Below, piece after piece: positions 25,927 to 35,026 of a DNA stretch of 64,000 bases. Position 1 is the stretch's first letter, and each line of letters starts with the position of its first letter. Both the position numbers and the translations under genes were made by a program. The DNA is taken from positions 1 through 64,000 of IMG/VR virus record IMGVR_UViG_3300048586_000548, one strand, 5' to 3'. The DNA is from a virus. The notes beneath the pieces were generated by a model. The model ran no database searches, was not told the origin of the DNA, and was given only the letters and a program-made list of their open reading frames with translations.

Positions 25927-27187
25927 AGTCACGCTGCAGTTGCTGGGACTCGCCGCACTGGTGGGCGTCGGGTTGTGGTTCATCTCGACCATGCTGGGCA
26001 CCATTCCGAAGCGCGAACTGGGCAAGCCGTTCCCCGAGCGCATGGCGTACAACTACCAGTACGCCGCGCACTGCACACCTGTGGCCCAGCGACTGAACCG
26101 GGGTGTGGATCAGGCCATGATTCAACACGCCGCCGCCGAGCTCTTGGCGGCGCTCGACGTGTATGATGAGCCCGACACGCCCGATGTGACTGGCGAGGTG
26201 GCCTTCAAGGCGGACGAGCCGCGGACGCTGGCGGAGTTTGACGGACAACAGCACATCGTCCGCCCGCTGTCTCTGGCGATCAAGGCATTGCCGCCCACCA
26301 AGCTGGTCTTGGACCACAAGCTGCTCACGGGTCAGCCCGGCTTGGGCAAGACCCTGTTGGCCAAAGTGATCGCCAACGACCTGCGCCTCCGGGCGGAGGC
26401 CTTGGGGCGGACGCCTCCGGCCTTCGTGGAGACCTACGCGGCGAACCTGAACGGGGTGGACGCCCTGGACCAGGTGGCACGCCAGCTCGAGCAGACCGGC
26501 GGGATCTGGTTCATCGACGAGATCCACGTGCTGAACAAAGAGCTGGCCACCAAGCTGTACCTGTTGATGGAGGACGGGCGGTACGCGTTCGAGGGCACTA
26601 CGACGCCCCGGGCGATGCCGAACGTCATGCTCATTGGGGCCACGACCGACTACGGCGGACTGCACGCAGCCTTGAAGCGTCGCTTCGGGGAACCGCTGCA
26701 CGTGCGCGCGCTCACTCGCGGTGAGTTGCACGCCATGCTGCCGAAGTTCGGGATGCCCATTGACGAGGACGCGGCCGAGCTGCTGCTCAGCCGGTGTCAT
26801 CAGTCTGGCGCCCCCTACGAATTGAAGATCCTGTTCCGCGAGTGTGCGATTTTTGCCACCGCGGCCGGTGAAGCCACGATTACTCGGGAAGTGGTGGACG
26901 ACGTGTTGACAACGTACGAGATCGACGAACACGGCCTGCGCCCGCTGGACCGGGCCGTGATGCGGGCGCTGTTTCAGCGCCCACGGTACCGGGGCAAGGC
27001 CCAGGAGTTTATCTGCTACGGCGGGTCCGAATCGGACGTCTGCGCCGTGGCCCGGTTGGACAAGGTGGAGTTTCAGGAGACCGTTCGGCCCCGACTGCTC
27101 AGCCGGGGGTTCTTGGAGGTTCGCGCGGGGGTGGGCTTGGCCCTGACCCCGCGAGCAGTCACGGAGTACGCCCGGCTCCAGTCGTGA
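25913..27187 (+). CDS. RuvB-like AAA+ ATPase with N-terminal TM extension
   Basis: PRTLAEFDGQ, GQPGLGKT, FIDEIH, LYLLMED, IGATT, RRFG, GLRPLDR. Confidence 0.85.
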   Translation: MGALEVTLQLLGLAALVGVGLWFISTMLGTIPKRELGKPFPERMAYNYQYAAHCTPVAQRLNRGVDQAMIQHAAAELLAALDVYDEPDTPDVTGEVAFKADEPRTLAEFDGQQHIVRPLSLAIKALPPTKLVLDHKLLTGQPGLGKTLLAKVIANDLRLRAEALGRTPPAFVETYAANLNGVDALDQVARQLEQTGGIWFIDEIHVLNKELATKLYLLMEDGRYAFEGTTTPRAMPNVMLIGATTDYGGLHAALKRRFGEPLHVRALTRGELHAMLPKFGMPIDEDAAELLLSRCHQSGAPYELKILFRECAIFATAAGEATITREVVDDVLTTYEIDEHGLRPLDRAVMRALFQRPRYRGKAQEFICYGGSESDVCAVARLDKVEFQETVRPRLLSRGFLEVRAGVGLALTPRAVTEYARLQS

Positions 27188-28002
27188 TGCAGGTCCTGAA
27201 CCTGCAGGCACGCCCCCAGTTGGGCCCTGCCCTCCACCTCGCACAGCAGCGCCTGGCTTCGGCCATCGGCGCAGGCGTCGAGGTCCTGGCCTTGCCCCTC
27301 GCCGCCCTGGACAGTTGGGCCGAGCGGGCGCATGTGGACATGGTCATTCTGGACATGGCGTCCCTGCCGGGGGCGCAGATCCTGCACGCGGCGGAGCGAG
27401 TGCTGGAGCAGTGCCCGTTTACCAGGGTCGTGATCGTCGCGGTTCCGCTCAATGGCGGCGACGACCCGGAAGTGCTGTTCACCCTGGGAGCAGTTGGGGC
27501 GTGGAAGGTGGTGTCCGGCGCCGACGCGTTGCGCCCCGAATGGTGGGTGGAGACCTGGAGTGCGGCCTTGGACGCCCACGTCAGCCGGGACTTTCGTCGC
27601 CTCGTTGAGCAGCGCTTGCCGGACACACTGGGCGCGGGCGTTGTGGCCCGCCTGGCCGAGCACGCCCACGTCCCCACCGTTAGCGGGGTGGCAGATCGGA
27701 TGATCCGAGTGCCGGGGCTCACGCTGGCGAGCAAACGCCGACGCCTCTGGGAGCTGTGTCAGCAGTACGGCCTGCCTGCACCAGAGAGTGTGCACGACGC
27801 CCTGCGCTTGCGGCTGCTGAAGGAGCTGTGTCAGCGCGAATGGCCGCCGCCCAGGGCCGCAGTGTTCATGGGGTACCAAACTCCTCGGAACATGGCCCGC
27901 TCCGTGAAGCAACGATACGGGGTCACCTTGGCACAAGTGAAGGCCTTGGCGCCAGGGGAACCCGGCTGGCACGTGTTGCCGGAATTGTGGGACGCGGCGT
28001 AG
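27187..28002 (+). CDS. putative regulator: degenerate receiver-like domain plus C-terminal HTH
   Basis: VDMVILD; AAVFMGYQTPRNMARSVKQRYG resembles the second HTH of AraC proteins. Confidence 0.55.
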   Translation: MQVLNLQARPQLGPALHLAQQRLASAIGAGVEVLALPLAALDSWAERAHVDMVILDMASLPGAQILHAAERVLEQCPFTRVVIVAVPLNGGDDPEVLFTLGAVGAWKVVSGADALRPEWWVETWSAALDAHVSRDFRRLVEQRLPDTLGAGVVARLAEHAHVPTVSGVADRMIRVPGLTLASKRRRLWELCQQYGLPAPESVHDALRLRLLKELCQREWPPPRAAVFMGYQTPRNMARSVKQRYGVTLAQVKALAPGEPGWHVLPELWDAA

Positions 28003-28012
28003 CACCAATATT

Positions 28013-28049
28013 GGGGGAAGCGGCTGCGCGCCGCTTCCTCTTTTTTTTT
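28013..28049 (+). terminator. Rho-independent terminator
   Basis: GGAAGCGGC-loop-GCCGCTTCC stem followed by T9. Confidence 0.85.
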
Positions 28050-28064
28050 CTGTGCAGGGCACAT

Positions 28065-28181
28065 CGATTAGCCCTCGTCTGCCCCCGCGCAACGACCGGT
28101 AGAGGCCACCCGTGTGTGTCCCTACCCTGGCTCCGCCGAGAGCTACTCACAGCGGCGCGCTGCGTCCCGATTAGCCCTCGT
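28065..28181. repeat. 14-bp direct repeat CGATTAGCCCTCGT (28065-28078 and 28168-28181)
   Basis: Read directly from intergenic sequence. Confidence 0.8.
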
Positions 28182-28348
28182 GTACCCTGGCGCACGGTCC
28201 ACCTGCCCTGGTCGGTGTTGGTAGTACTCGTGGATGCGCGCGGAGTCACTCAGGGCGTCGACACGTAACGACACTTAACGACCACTCCCCAAGTCGGCCT
28301 CTAGGCGAACCAAGATGGTGTATTGCGCACCCAGGTGTTGACGCATCT

Positions 28349-29086
28349 TTGGGGCACACCCTTCTTGGAGGCTGTATTTCATCTGTTGCCCTTGGTGCGA
28401 CGCTCGTGCCCCGCCTCGATCGTGTTGCCCGCCATGCCTGCAGGATCTCTACCCGCAATTGTCGTTTCATCATCGGGCTGCAAGGCCCCGCCGAGTGGGA
28501 ACAACACGGCCGCGTGGCCGCGTACCTGGCGTACGTCGCGTTGGGCGGCGACCCGGAAACCCCCGCCGCCTTCGACTGGGAGCACCCGGAGCTGTTGCAG
28601 CGCACCCTGCATGAGCTGCGACGGCTCACCCTCGGGGACCAGTCCGATTTCGTAGACGTGCACCGCCGCAACTCTAACCGCAAGTCGGGGGTCTACAACG
28701 ACGCGTTGTGCTGGGACGCGTGGCGCTGTGCTGCCGACGAGCTGCTGACCGCGAACGAGTCGCGGACCGCGCCCGTCCAAGAGTACCTCGGAGCGGATGA
28801 TGCCGCGGCGGCGCTGGACCTCGCGACGGCTCAGTCGGAACTGCTGACCACCCTGGAACACGCCCTGCCCCCGCGCGAGTACAACTGGTTGGTCCGCCGG
28901 TTCTGCCTCGGCGTGGGCCAGCAGGAGCTGGCCGACGAATTGATCGCGAACACGCCGCGATACCAAGGCCCAGGCGGCCGCGAACGCGCGATCAACTACA
29001 TCAATGTGGTCATCTGCCGGGCCAAGCAGCACGCGCGCGAAGCCTTGGGCTCTCGGTGGGCCGCCCTGGCCGATGGGATGGTCTGA
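28349..29086 (+). CDS. ECF/sigma70-like factor (start uncertain)
   Basis: Region-4-like ALPPREYNWLVRRFCLGVGQQELA...VICRAKQHAREAL; FVDVHRR resembles the end of region 2. Confidence 0.55.
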   Translation: MGHTLLGGCISSVALGATLVPRLDRVARHACRISTRNCRFIIGLQGPAEWEQHGRVAAYLAYVALGGDPETPAAFDWEHPELLQRTLHELRRLTLGDQSDFVDVHRRNSNRKSGVYNDALCWDAWRCAADELLTANESRTAPVQEYLGADDAAAALDLATAQSELLTTLEHALPPREYNWLVRRFCLGVGQQELADELIANTPRYQGPGGRERAINYINVVICRAKQHAREALGSRWAALADGMV

Positions 29087-29292
29087 TGATTCTCCGCCTC
29101 TTGCCGTTTGAGGACGACGGGCTGGTGAACGTGGCGTTGCACCCGGCCTACCCGTTCGCGGAGCTGGTGGACCTGCTGAACGGGGGTGTGGAGTTCGAGA
29201 CCCCCGTGGAGCTGGTCGCGGCGGACGGTGCGGAGCTCTACGTGGACTTTGCGGACTATCGGGCCGTGAGCGTGGAGGACACATGCCTCTGA
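29086..29292 (+). CDS. small acidic hypothetical protein
   Basis: TGATG coupling. Confidence 0.6.
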   Translation: MILRLLPFEDDGLVNVALHPAYPFAELVDLLNGGVEFETPVELVAADGAELYVDFADYRAVSVEDTCL

Positions 29293-30287
29293 TCGGCTAC
29301 ACGTGCCCTCCTGCCGGGGTCGAGCCGGGGCGCACCAACGCGGTCGAGCACTGCTTGACCGAATGCGTCCAGCCCTGCACCACGCCCCCGCTGTTGGCGG
29401 CGATGTATAAGGCGGACGTGGAGAACTACCACCAGGGCGATTACATCAGCGCAAGCATGATGGCCGGGTCGGGCTGTGCCCGGCAGGTGATGTTCGAGCG
29501 GTTCAAGGACTTCCACGAAGTGCCGACACGTCGGTACTGGGCGTTCCGAGGTACCCACGCCCACGCCATCGTGGAGGGTGCGCAGGACTTGATCGCGCAG
29601 TACGGCTGGCTGCAAGAGATTCGGATGGCCACGGAGTTGACGTACGATCTGCCGCAGCCCGTGTTCGAGAACGGCGTGTGGACCGGCGACTTTGATTCCA
29701 CCCAAGACCTGATCATCAAGGTCCGGGGCACGTGTGACGCGTATAACCCGTTGCGGGGTCCGGACTTGGTGGACTGTAAGTCGATGGCGGACAAGAAGGT
29801 CGACATGATGATCAAGGGGTCCACCCCCGGCACGTACAGCAAGAACCTGCAGGACAGCTGGGTGGCCCAGCTCAACATTTACCGGTACCTGATCAGCAAG
29901 ACCCCGGTGCCTGCCGAGGTGCACGCGGCGTACGCGTCCTTCGGGCTGCCTGCGCTCACGGATCCGTTGTTCCCGGCCCCGGAGCGGTTGTTCATCCAGG
30001 GCATTGCGATGATGTCGCACCCGGTGAGCGGGTCGCGGCTGGCCCACAAGCAGTACGGCAAGTACACGATCTACGACATCGACCACGTGCCGGTGTGGTC
30101 GCTGCAGGACATTGAAGACTTCATCCGGCCGCAGGCGCTGATGTGGTACAAGGCGCTGAACATGAAGCAGACCCCGCCGGTGGTCCCGAAGGACAAGGAC
30201 TGGCTGTGCCGGAGCTGCGCATTTGAGGGAAAAGACTGCTTCCCCGCGGACGAGCGCGGCCAGGAAGCCCCCTTCCCCGGGCCGTAA
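29283..30287 (+). CDS. Cas4-like PD-(D/E)XK exonuclease
   Basis: ISAS..CARQ, GTHAH, GTCD, DCKS, QLNIY, C-terminal CRSC...C. Confidence 0.8.
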   Translation: MPLIGYTCPPAGVEPGRTNAVEHCLTECVQPCTTPPLLAAMYKADVENYHQGDYISASMMAGSGCARQVMFERFKDFHEVPTRRYWAFRGTHAHAIVEGAQDLIAQYGWLQEIRMATELTYDLPQPVFENGVWTGDFDSTQDLIIKVRGTCDAYNPLRGPDLVDCKSMADKKVDMMIKGSTPGTYSKNLQDSWVAQLNIYRYLISKTPVPAEVHAAYASFGLPALTDPLFPAPERLFIQGIAMMSHPVSGSRLAHKQYGKYTIYDIDHVPVWSLQDIEDFIRPQALMWYKALNMKQTPPVVPKDKDWLCRSCAFEGKDCFPADERGQEAPFPGP

Positions 30288-30308
30288 GGTTTTCGTCCGC
30301 TCGTCGAA
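30284..30308 (+). promoter_or_regulatory. GTAAGGT-N14-CGAA promoter-like motif
   Basis: Exact match overlapping the TAA of the nuclease gene. Confidence 0.65.
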
Positions 30309-30340
30309 TAGGGTTGCACCGCTTACTGGAGCGCAACCCT

Positions 30341-30742
30341 ATGACGAGCAATCTCTCAGACGCTTTCACCTCCGCCTACACGCTGGCCTACACGGCCCGC
30401 GTGGCGCAGGGGAACGTCGTCGGAGAAGGCTCAGCGCCCTTCCGAGCGGTGTTCAGCGCGCTGGTGGCTGGGGCCCAGCGATGGGCGGACACCCTGAGCG
30501 ATCGGCACACCGACCGGTACGAGCTGTTGACGGTCTCTCCGATCACCCCCTCACCCAGTTTGGAAATTTCCCACCCGCTGGGCTTGGCTCATCAGGTGGA
30601 GCGCGCGCTGCACAACTTCCAGATCCTGCTCGCAGCGTTGCGGATCCCCTACCTGGACGATCCGCTGACGCTCGCAGTGTTGACAGAGGTGCAGCGGGAG
30701 GCTGCGCACCTGTCCCGGACGCTTTCTGCCCAGATGGGCTAA
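30341..30742 (+). CDS. hypothetical protein
   Basis: GGAG SD before ATG 30341. Confidence 0.65.
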   Translation: MTSNLSDAFTSAYTLAYTARVAQGNVVGEGSAPFRAVFSALVAGAQRWADTLSDRHTDRYELLTVSPITPSPSLEISHPLGLAHQVERALHNFQILLAALRIPYLDDPLTLAVLTEVQREAAHLSRTLSAQMG

Positions 30743-30765
30743 ACCACTTTTTCAGCGAGCAAACT

Positions 30766-31266
30766 ATGGCGAAGACTCTGCGCTTTCGGGTGCACAACTG
30801 CAAGGCTGTCAGCAAGAACTCCCTGATGGTGTTCGATCTGGCGATCGGCTATCAGGACGAGGACACGTTCGTGGGCGTCGTGGACGTGCGCGGCTGCTGG
30901 CTCAAGCAGAAGAACGACGGCTCCGGCAACTACGTGTCGTTCCCCTCGAAGCAGCGCTTTACGCGGGACGGTGAAGCGGTGAAGGACGACAACGGGTACA
31001 ACGTCTACGACAACATCGTGGATCTGTACCTCGAACTGGGGGCCAATCCCGACAAGGCAGACAAGCGGGCGCCGACCAAGGCGGCCTGGGCCTTTCGGAA
31101 GTGGCTGATCGACGAGGCCACGAAGATGTACAAGGAGCTGGGGGCCTCGGCTCCGGCCGCGGCCGCTCCGGCGGCGAAGCCTGCCAGCAAGCCCGCGAGC
31201 AAGCCTGCCCCGGCGCCCATGCCGGATGCGGATGATGACGACGGGGACGGCGGCTACCCCTTCTGA
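30766..31266 (+). CDS. putative single-stranded DNA-binding protein (SpoVG/PC4-like core, acidic tail)
   Basis: VRGCWL..YVSFPSK..YDNIV; Ala/Pro linker; ends DDDDGDGGYPF. Confidence 0.7.
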   Translation: MAKTLRFRVHNCKAVSKNSLMVFDLAIGYQDEDTFVGVVDVRGCWLKQKNDGSGNYVSFPSKQRFTRDGEAVKDDNGYNVYDNIVDLYLELGANPDKADKRAPTKAAWAFRKWLIDEATKMYKELGASAPAAAAPAAKPASKPASKPAPAPMPDADDDDGDGGYPF

Positions 31267-31607
31267 TGACGGACCGACCGGCACTGAGCTACGCCGCGGT
31301 GGCGGTCACCCTGGAGCTCTCCCGGCTGCGCAGCAGCTTGCGGGTCGGGATGGCTCTGGTCCAGCGGTTCCCCCAGGAAGACGACTGGTGGGCGCTGCTG
31401 GACGACCCCGAGATCATTGACAGTTTGAACGCCCTGGCGGAAGTGGTGAACGACATGCGCGTGGATACGGCTGAGGCCACCACGGCAGAAGAAGTGGCTG
31501 CAGGAGTGGCTGCGCACCATGACCGGGCGGTAGAAGCGGTGAGTTTGGTGGCGGAGGTGTTGGGCGTGCCGAGTGAGGATCTCTTGGCCGTGCTGGCCGA
31601 AGCCTAA
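31266..31607 (+). CDS. hypothetical protein
   Basis: TGATG coupling. Confidence 0.65.
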   Translation: MTDRPALSYAAVAVTLELSRLRSSLRVGMALVQRFPQEDDWWALLDDPEIIDSLNALAEVVNDMRVDTAEATTAEEVAAGVAAHHDRAVEAVSLVAEVLGVPSEDLLAVLAEA

Positions 31608-31686
31608 GCCGTCGTAGGACTAACCACACAATCGAAAACTCGTGGTGGGGTCGACCTACTGATCCCACTACTCACTGAGGGTTTGC

Positions 31687-34600
31687 ATGCGCACGCCACC
31701 GTTCACGCTGTCTGACGACTTTTTGGCCCCCTACCAGACCATCACTCCGCCCTTCGGCTTCAACGGCCTGGGGGAGTTGGTGTATTTGCGGACGTACAGC
31801 CGCGTCAAAGCGGACGGCACGCAAGAACGGTGGTGGGAAACCGTGCGCCGCGTGGTGGAAGGCACGTACACCATGCAGAAGCGCTGGATCACTGAACACC
31901 ACCTGGGCTGGAGCGAGCGCAAGGCGCAGCGCTCGGCGCAGGAGATGTACGATCGCATGTTCTACATGAAGTTCCTGCCGCCGGGTCGCGGGCTGTGGGC
32001 CATGGGCTCGCCGCTGACGGAAGGTCGGGAGACTTTTGCGGCCTTGAACAACTGCAGTTTTGTCAGCACGAAGGACCTGGCATCGGACCTGGCTGATCCG
32101 TTCACGTTCCTGATGGACGCCTCGATGCTGGGCATCGGGGTGGGCTTCGACACCGCTGGGGCAGGCATGCTGGCGCTGCACGCGCCGAACCCGCTGCTGG
32201 CTGAGACTTACGTCGTGCCGGACACCCGTGAAGGCTGGGTGGAAGCCTTGAAGCTGAAGCTGCTGTCGTACTTCTGCCCGGATCAGGGTGTGGTGGAGTA
32301 CGACTTCTCGCTGGTGCGTCCCGAGGGGGAGCCCATTAAGGGCTTCGGTGGGGTGGCGGCGGGCCCTGGTCCGCTTAAGGACCTGCTGGGCGCCGTGGAC
32401 GGGGTGCTCGAGCGCGAGCGGGCAACCGGCGACGGCACGTTGAGCGTGACTGGGATCACAGACATTTGCAACCTGACCGCCAAGTGCGTGGTAGCAGGTA
32501 ACGTGCGTCGAAGTGCTCTCATTAGTTTCGGCGAAGCCGACGACGAGGAATTCCTCGACCTGAAGAATTACGAAGTGAATCCGCATCGCGCTGCATACGG
32601 GTGGACCAGCAACAACTCGGTGTTCGCCAAGCTTGGCATGGACTACGGTCCGAGCACTGAGCGCGTGGTGCGCAACGGTGAGCCGGGATACATGTGGCTG
32701 GAGAACGCGCAGGCCTACAGTCGCATGGTGGACGAGGCCGATTTCAAGGACGCGCGCGTGATGGGGACCAACCCCTGTGGTGAACAAGGATTGGAATCGT
32801 ATGAGCTGTGCTGTGTCTCGGCCGACACTCGGATCCATACTCGCGCAGGTGCGCTGCCGATTGGAGACCTCGTTGGGCAAGCTGTCGAGGTCTGGAACGG
32901 TGCAGAGTGGTCGGAAGTCACACCATACCTCGCGGGGTACAACAAGCAGATGTACCGGGTTACGCTGTCTGACGGCTCGTTTCTCGATGTGACCGACAAC
33001 CATCGTTGGCTGGCGCGCCCCGACACAGCCCGCAAGTTCCGGGACATGACAACTCTGCAGCTGACGCCCGGCGATGTATTGCCTGAGTTCTCACTGGGAG
33101 ACGTCGTTGGCGAAGCGCAGCCGATGGCGTACGAGTACGGCTTTTTTGCGGGTGATGGATACATGGACAAGGGTGTCCCCATGCTGGCGCTGTTCGGGGA
33201 GGCGAAACAGTCTATCACAAGCTCCATCTCGGGGCGCGTCTATGCGGAGGAGTTCCCGAAGGGGTACAACGTTTCGCGTCAGCGTGTCAACTTGGTGGAC
33301 GTGTGTGATGCTGCGCTTGCGACACAGCTTCGGCGCAGTGACGGTCTTCCCGCGGAGGTGTTTACCTGGGACCGCGAGAGTACGGCGCAGTTTATCGCTG
33401 GATACATCGATGCTGACGGGTCCATTAGCAATTCCGGAACGGGCGGGGAAGGGCTCAAACTGCACGGCCCTGAAGGAAAGATGCGTGACGTGCAAACGCT
33501 GCTGCGGCGTATTGGTGTTGACCACGCGTCCGTGTATGTACTCAAGGGCCAGAAGAGCACGCTGACCATCAATGGCCGGGAGACGCATCGCAATTATGAC
33601 CAGTGGGTTTGCCAGGTCCCCTCCTTCGAGGCGGATGCGGTACCCACTCGGGTCAAAGTGCGTTCTTCCACCGCGAGTCGGTTTGCAAAGAACAATGCCC
33701 ACCCTGAGGGTGCGCTGATTGACCGCGCACGGAAGCAGCGGGTGGTCAGCATTGTGCCGTTGGGTATGCAGGACAGCTACTGCTTCACCGAACCGAAGCG
33801 CGGTATGGGCGTGTTCGGCAACGTACTGACCTACCAGTGCCTGGTGGAAACGTTCCCAACAAACCACGACTCGCTTGAAGACTATCAGCGCACCTTGAAG
33901 TTCGCGTACTTGTACGGCAAGACGGTCACCCTCGGACGCACGCACTGGGAGCGCACGAACCGGGTGATGCTCCGCAACCGCCGCATCGGATTGTCGCAGT
34001 CGGGCATTCAGCAGGCCGTGGCGAAGCTGGGCATCGAGGAGTACCGAGAGTGGTGCGAGGCAGGATACGCCACCGTGCAGTACTACGACAAGGTGTATTC
34101 AGAGTGGCTGGCGATTCCGCGCTCGATCAAGGTCACCACGGTCAAGCCCTCGGGGTCGGTGTCGCTGCTGGCAGGCGCCACGCCGGGTATGCACTGGCCG
34201 GAGGCGTTGACGTACGTGCGCCGCATGCGCCTGGGCCGCAACAGCGATCTGCTGCCTGCACTGCAGGCCGCGGGGTATCCGATCGAACCCGCGGTGGGCA
34301 GTGAAGACTCGACGTTGGTGGTGGAGATTCCGGTCCGCATCGGCGATGCCGTGCGCCCAGCCCACCAAGTGTCGATGTGGGAACAGCTGGCGATGGCCGC
34401 GTTTCTCCAGCGCTACTGGTCGGATAACCAGGTCTCGGCGACGGTCACCTTTGATCCGGCGACGGAAGGTCCGCAGCTGGCGCATGCGCTGGACTACTAC
34501 CAGTACCAGCTCAAGGGCATTTCGTGCTTGCCGCGCACGCCTGCCGGGGCCTACGCCCAGATGCCATACGAGGCGATCACGGTCGAGGAATACGAAGCAC

Positions 34601-34692
34601 GTGCCGCGGCGCTGACCCCCGTGCAGTTCGGGTCGACGCACGACGAGGCCGTGCCTGAGCGATTCTGCTCTAATGACACCTGTACGGTGTAA
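31687..34692 (+). CDS. nrdJ: class II (B12-dependent, monomeric RTPR-type) ribonucleotide reductase with intein
   Basis: YLRTYSR, PPGRGLW, LNNC, GNVRRSA, TNPCGEQ, TTVKPSG, C-terminal FCSNDTC. Confidence 0.93.
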   Translation: MRTPPFTLSDDFLAPYQTITPPFGFNGLGELVYLRTYSRVKADGTQERWWETVRRVVEGTYTMQKRWITEHHLGWSERKAQRSAQEMYDRMFYMKFLPPGRGLWAMGSPLTEGRETFAALNNCSFVSTKDLASDLADPFTFLMDASMLGIGVGFDTAGAGMLALHAPNPLLAETYVVPDTREGWVEALKLKLLSYFCPDQGVVEYDFSLVRPEGEPIKGFGGVAAGPGPLKDLLGAVDGVLERERATGDGTLSVTGITDICNLTAKCVVAGNVRRSALISFGEADDEEFLDLKNYEVNPHRAAYGWTSNNSVFAKLGMDYGPSTERVVRNGEPGYMWLENAQAYSRMVDEADFKDARVMGTNPCGEQGLESYELCCVSADTRIHTRAGALPIGDLVGQAVEVWNGAEWSEVTPYLAGYNKQMYRVTLSDGSFLDVTDNHRWLARPDTARKFRDMTTLQLTPGDVLPEFSLGDVVGEAQPMAYEYGFFAGDGYMDKGVPMLALFGEAKQSITSSISGRVYAEEFPKGYNVSRQRVNLVDVCDAALATQLRRSDGLPAEVFTWDRESTAQFIAGYIDADGSISNSGTGGEGLKLHGPEGKMRDVQTLLRRIGVDHASVYVLKGQKSTLTINGRETHRNYDQWVCQVPSFEADAVPTRVKVRSSTASRFAKNNAHPEGALIDRARKQRVVSIVPLGMQDSYCFTEPKRGMGVFGNVLTYQCLVETFPTNHDSLEDYQRTLKFAYLYGKTVTLGRTHWERTNRVMLRNRRIGLSQSGIQQAVAKLGIEEYREWCEAGYATVQYYDKVYSEWLAIPRSIKVTTVKPSGSVSLLAGATPGMHWPEALTYVRRMRLGRNSDLLPALQAAGYPIEPAVGSEDSTLVVEIPVRIGDAVRPAHQVSMWEQLAMAAFLQRYWSDNQVSATVTFDPATEGPQLAHALDYYQYQLKGISCLPRTPAGAYAQMPYEAITVEEYEARAAALTPVQFGSTHDEAVPERFCSNDTCTV
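32812..33837 (+). mobile_element. intein (342 aa) with LAGLIDADG homing endonuclease
   Basis: Starts CVSADT; block B VTDNHRW; GFFAGDG and AGYIDADG; ends VLTYQ followed by Cys+1; removal restores ESYELCCLVE. Confidence 0.9.
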
Positions 34693-34702
34693 GGGGACGA
34701 CG

Positions 34703-35026
34703 ATGCACCACAACACCAAGCCGCTCTTCGAAGACATGCACGTGTGCTGCTTCCACCAGCAGTCCAGCTACGGCACGACCTACGGGGCGTACTCGGAGAT
34801 TTGCTGCCACTGCGGCGCGCACCGGATGCGGTACCCGGGCGTGCCGGAAGGGCACGGGCCGTACTACCCGCGGGACAACACCTGGATTCCGTACACACCG
34901 TTCTCGGGCGGCACCACGAGCGGCTCAGGAACGTCCTGGACGTTCGCCGAGTGTGCGAAGGACTGCCAACACCTGAACGACGGACGGTGCACGTGCGGCC
35001 CGACGATCACCAGGGCGCAGCCGTGA
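34703..35026 (+). CDS. Cys/His-rich hypothetical protein
   Basis: HVCCFH, CCHCG, GHGPY. Confidence 0.6.
   Translation: MHHNTKPLFEDMHVCCFHQQSSYGTTYGAYSEICCHCGAHRMRYPGVPEGHGPYYPRDNTWIPYTPFSGGTTSGSGTSWTFAECAKDCQHLNDGRCTCGPTITRAQP

Noticed and set aside
3987-27244. Long - strand ORFs such as 3987..5228, 6694..8739, 18361..20472 and 25499..27244
   Set aside because: Shadows of well-supported + strand genes.
29283-30287. CRISPR-Cas system suggested by the Cas4-like gene
   Set aside because: No repeat-spacer array or other cas genes seen; stand-alone Cas4-like nucleases are common in phage replication modules.
31613-31636. Extra promoter motif copies (CGTAGGA..CGAA before nrdJ; GTAAGC at 8532; GTAAGGG at 34689)
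   Set aside because: Mismatched first box, wrong spacing or no CGAA; too weak to count.
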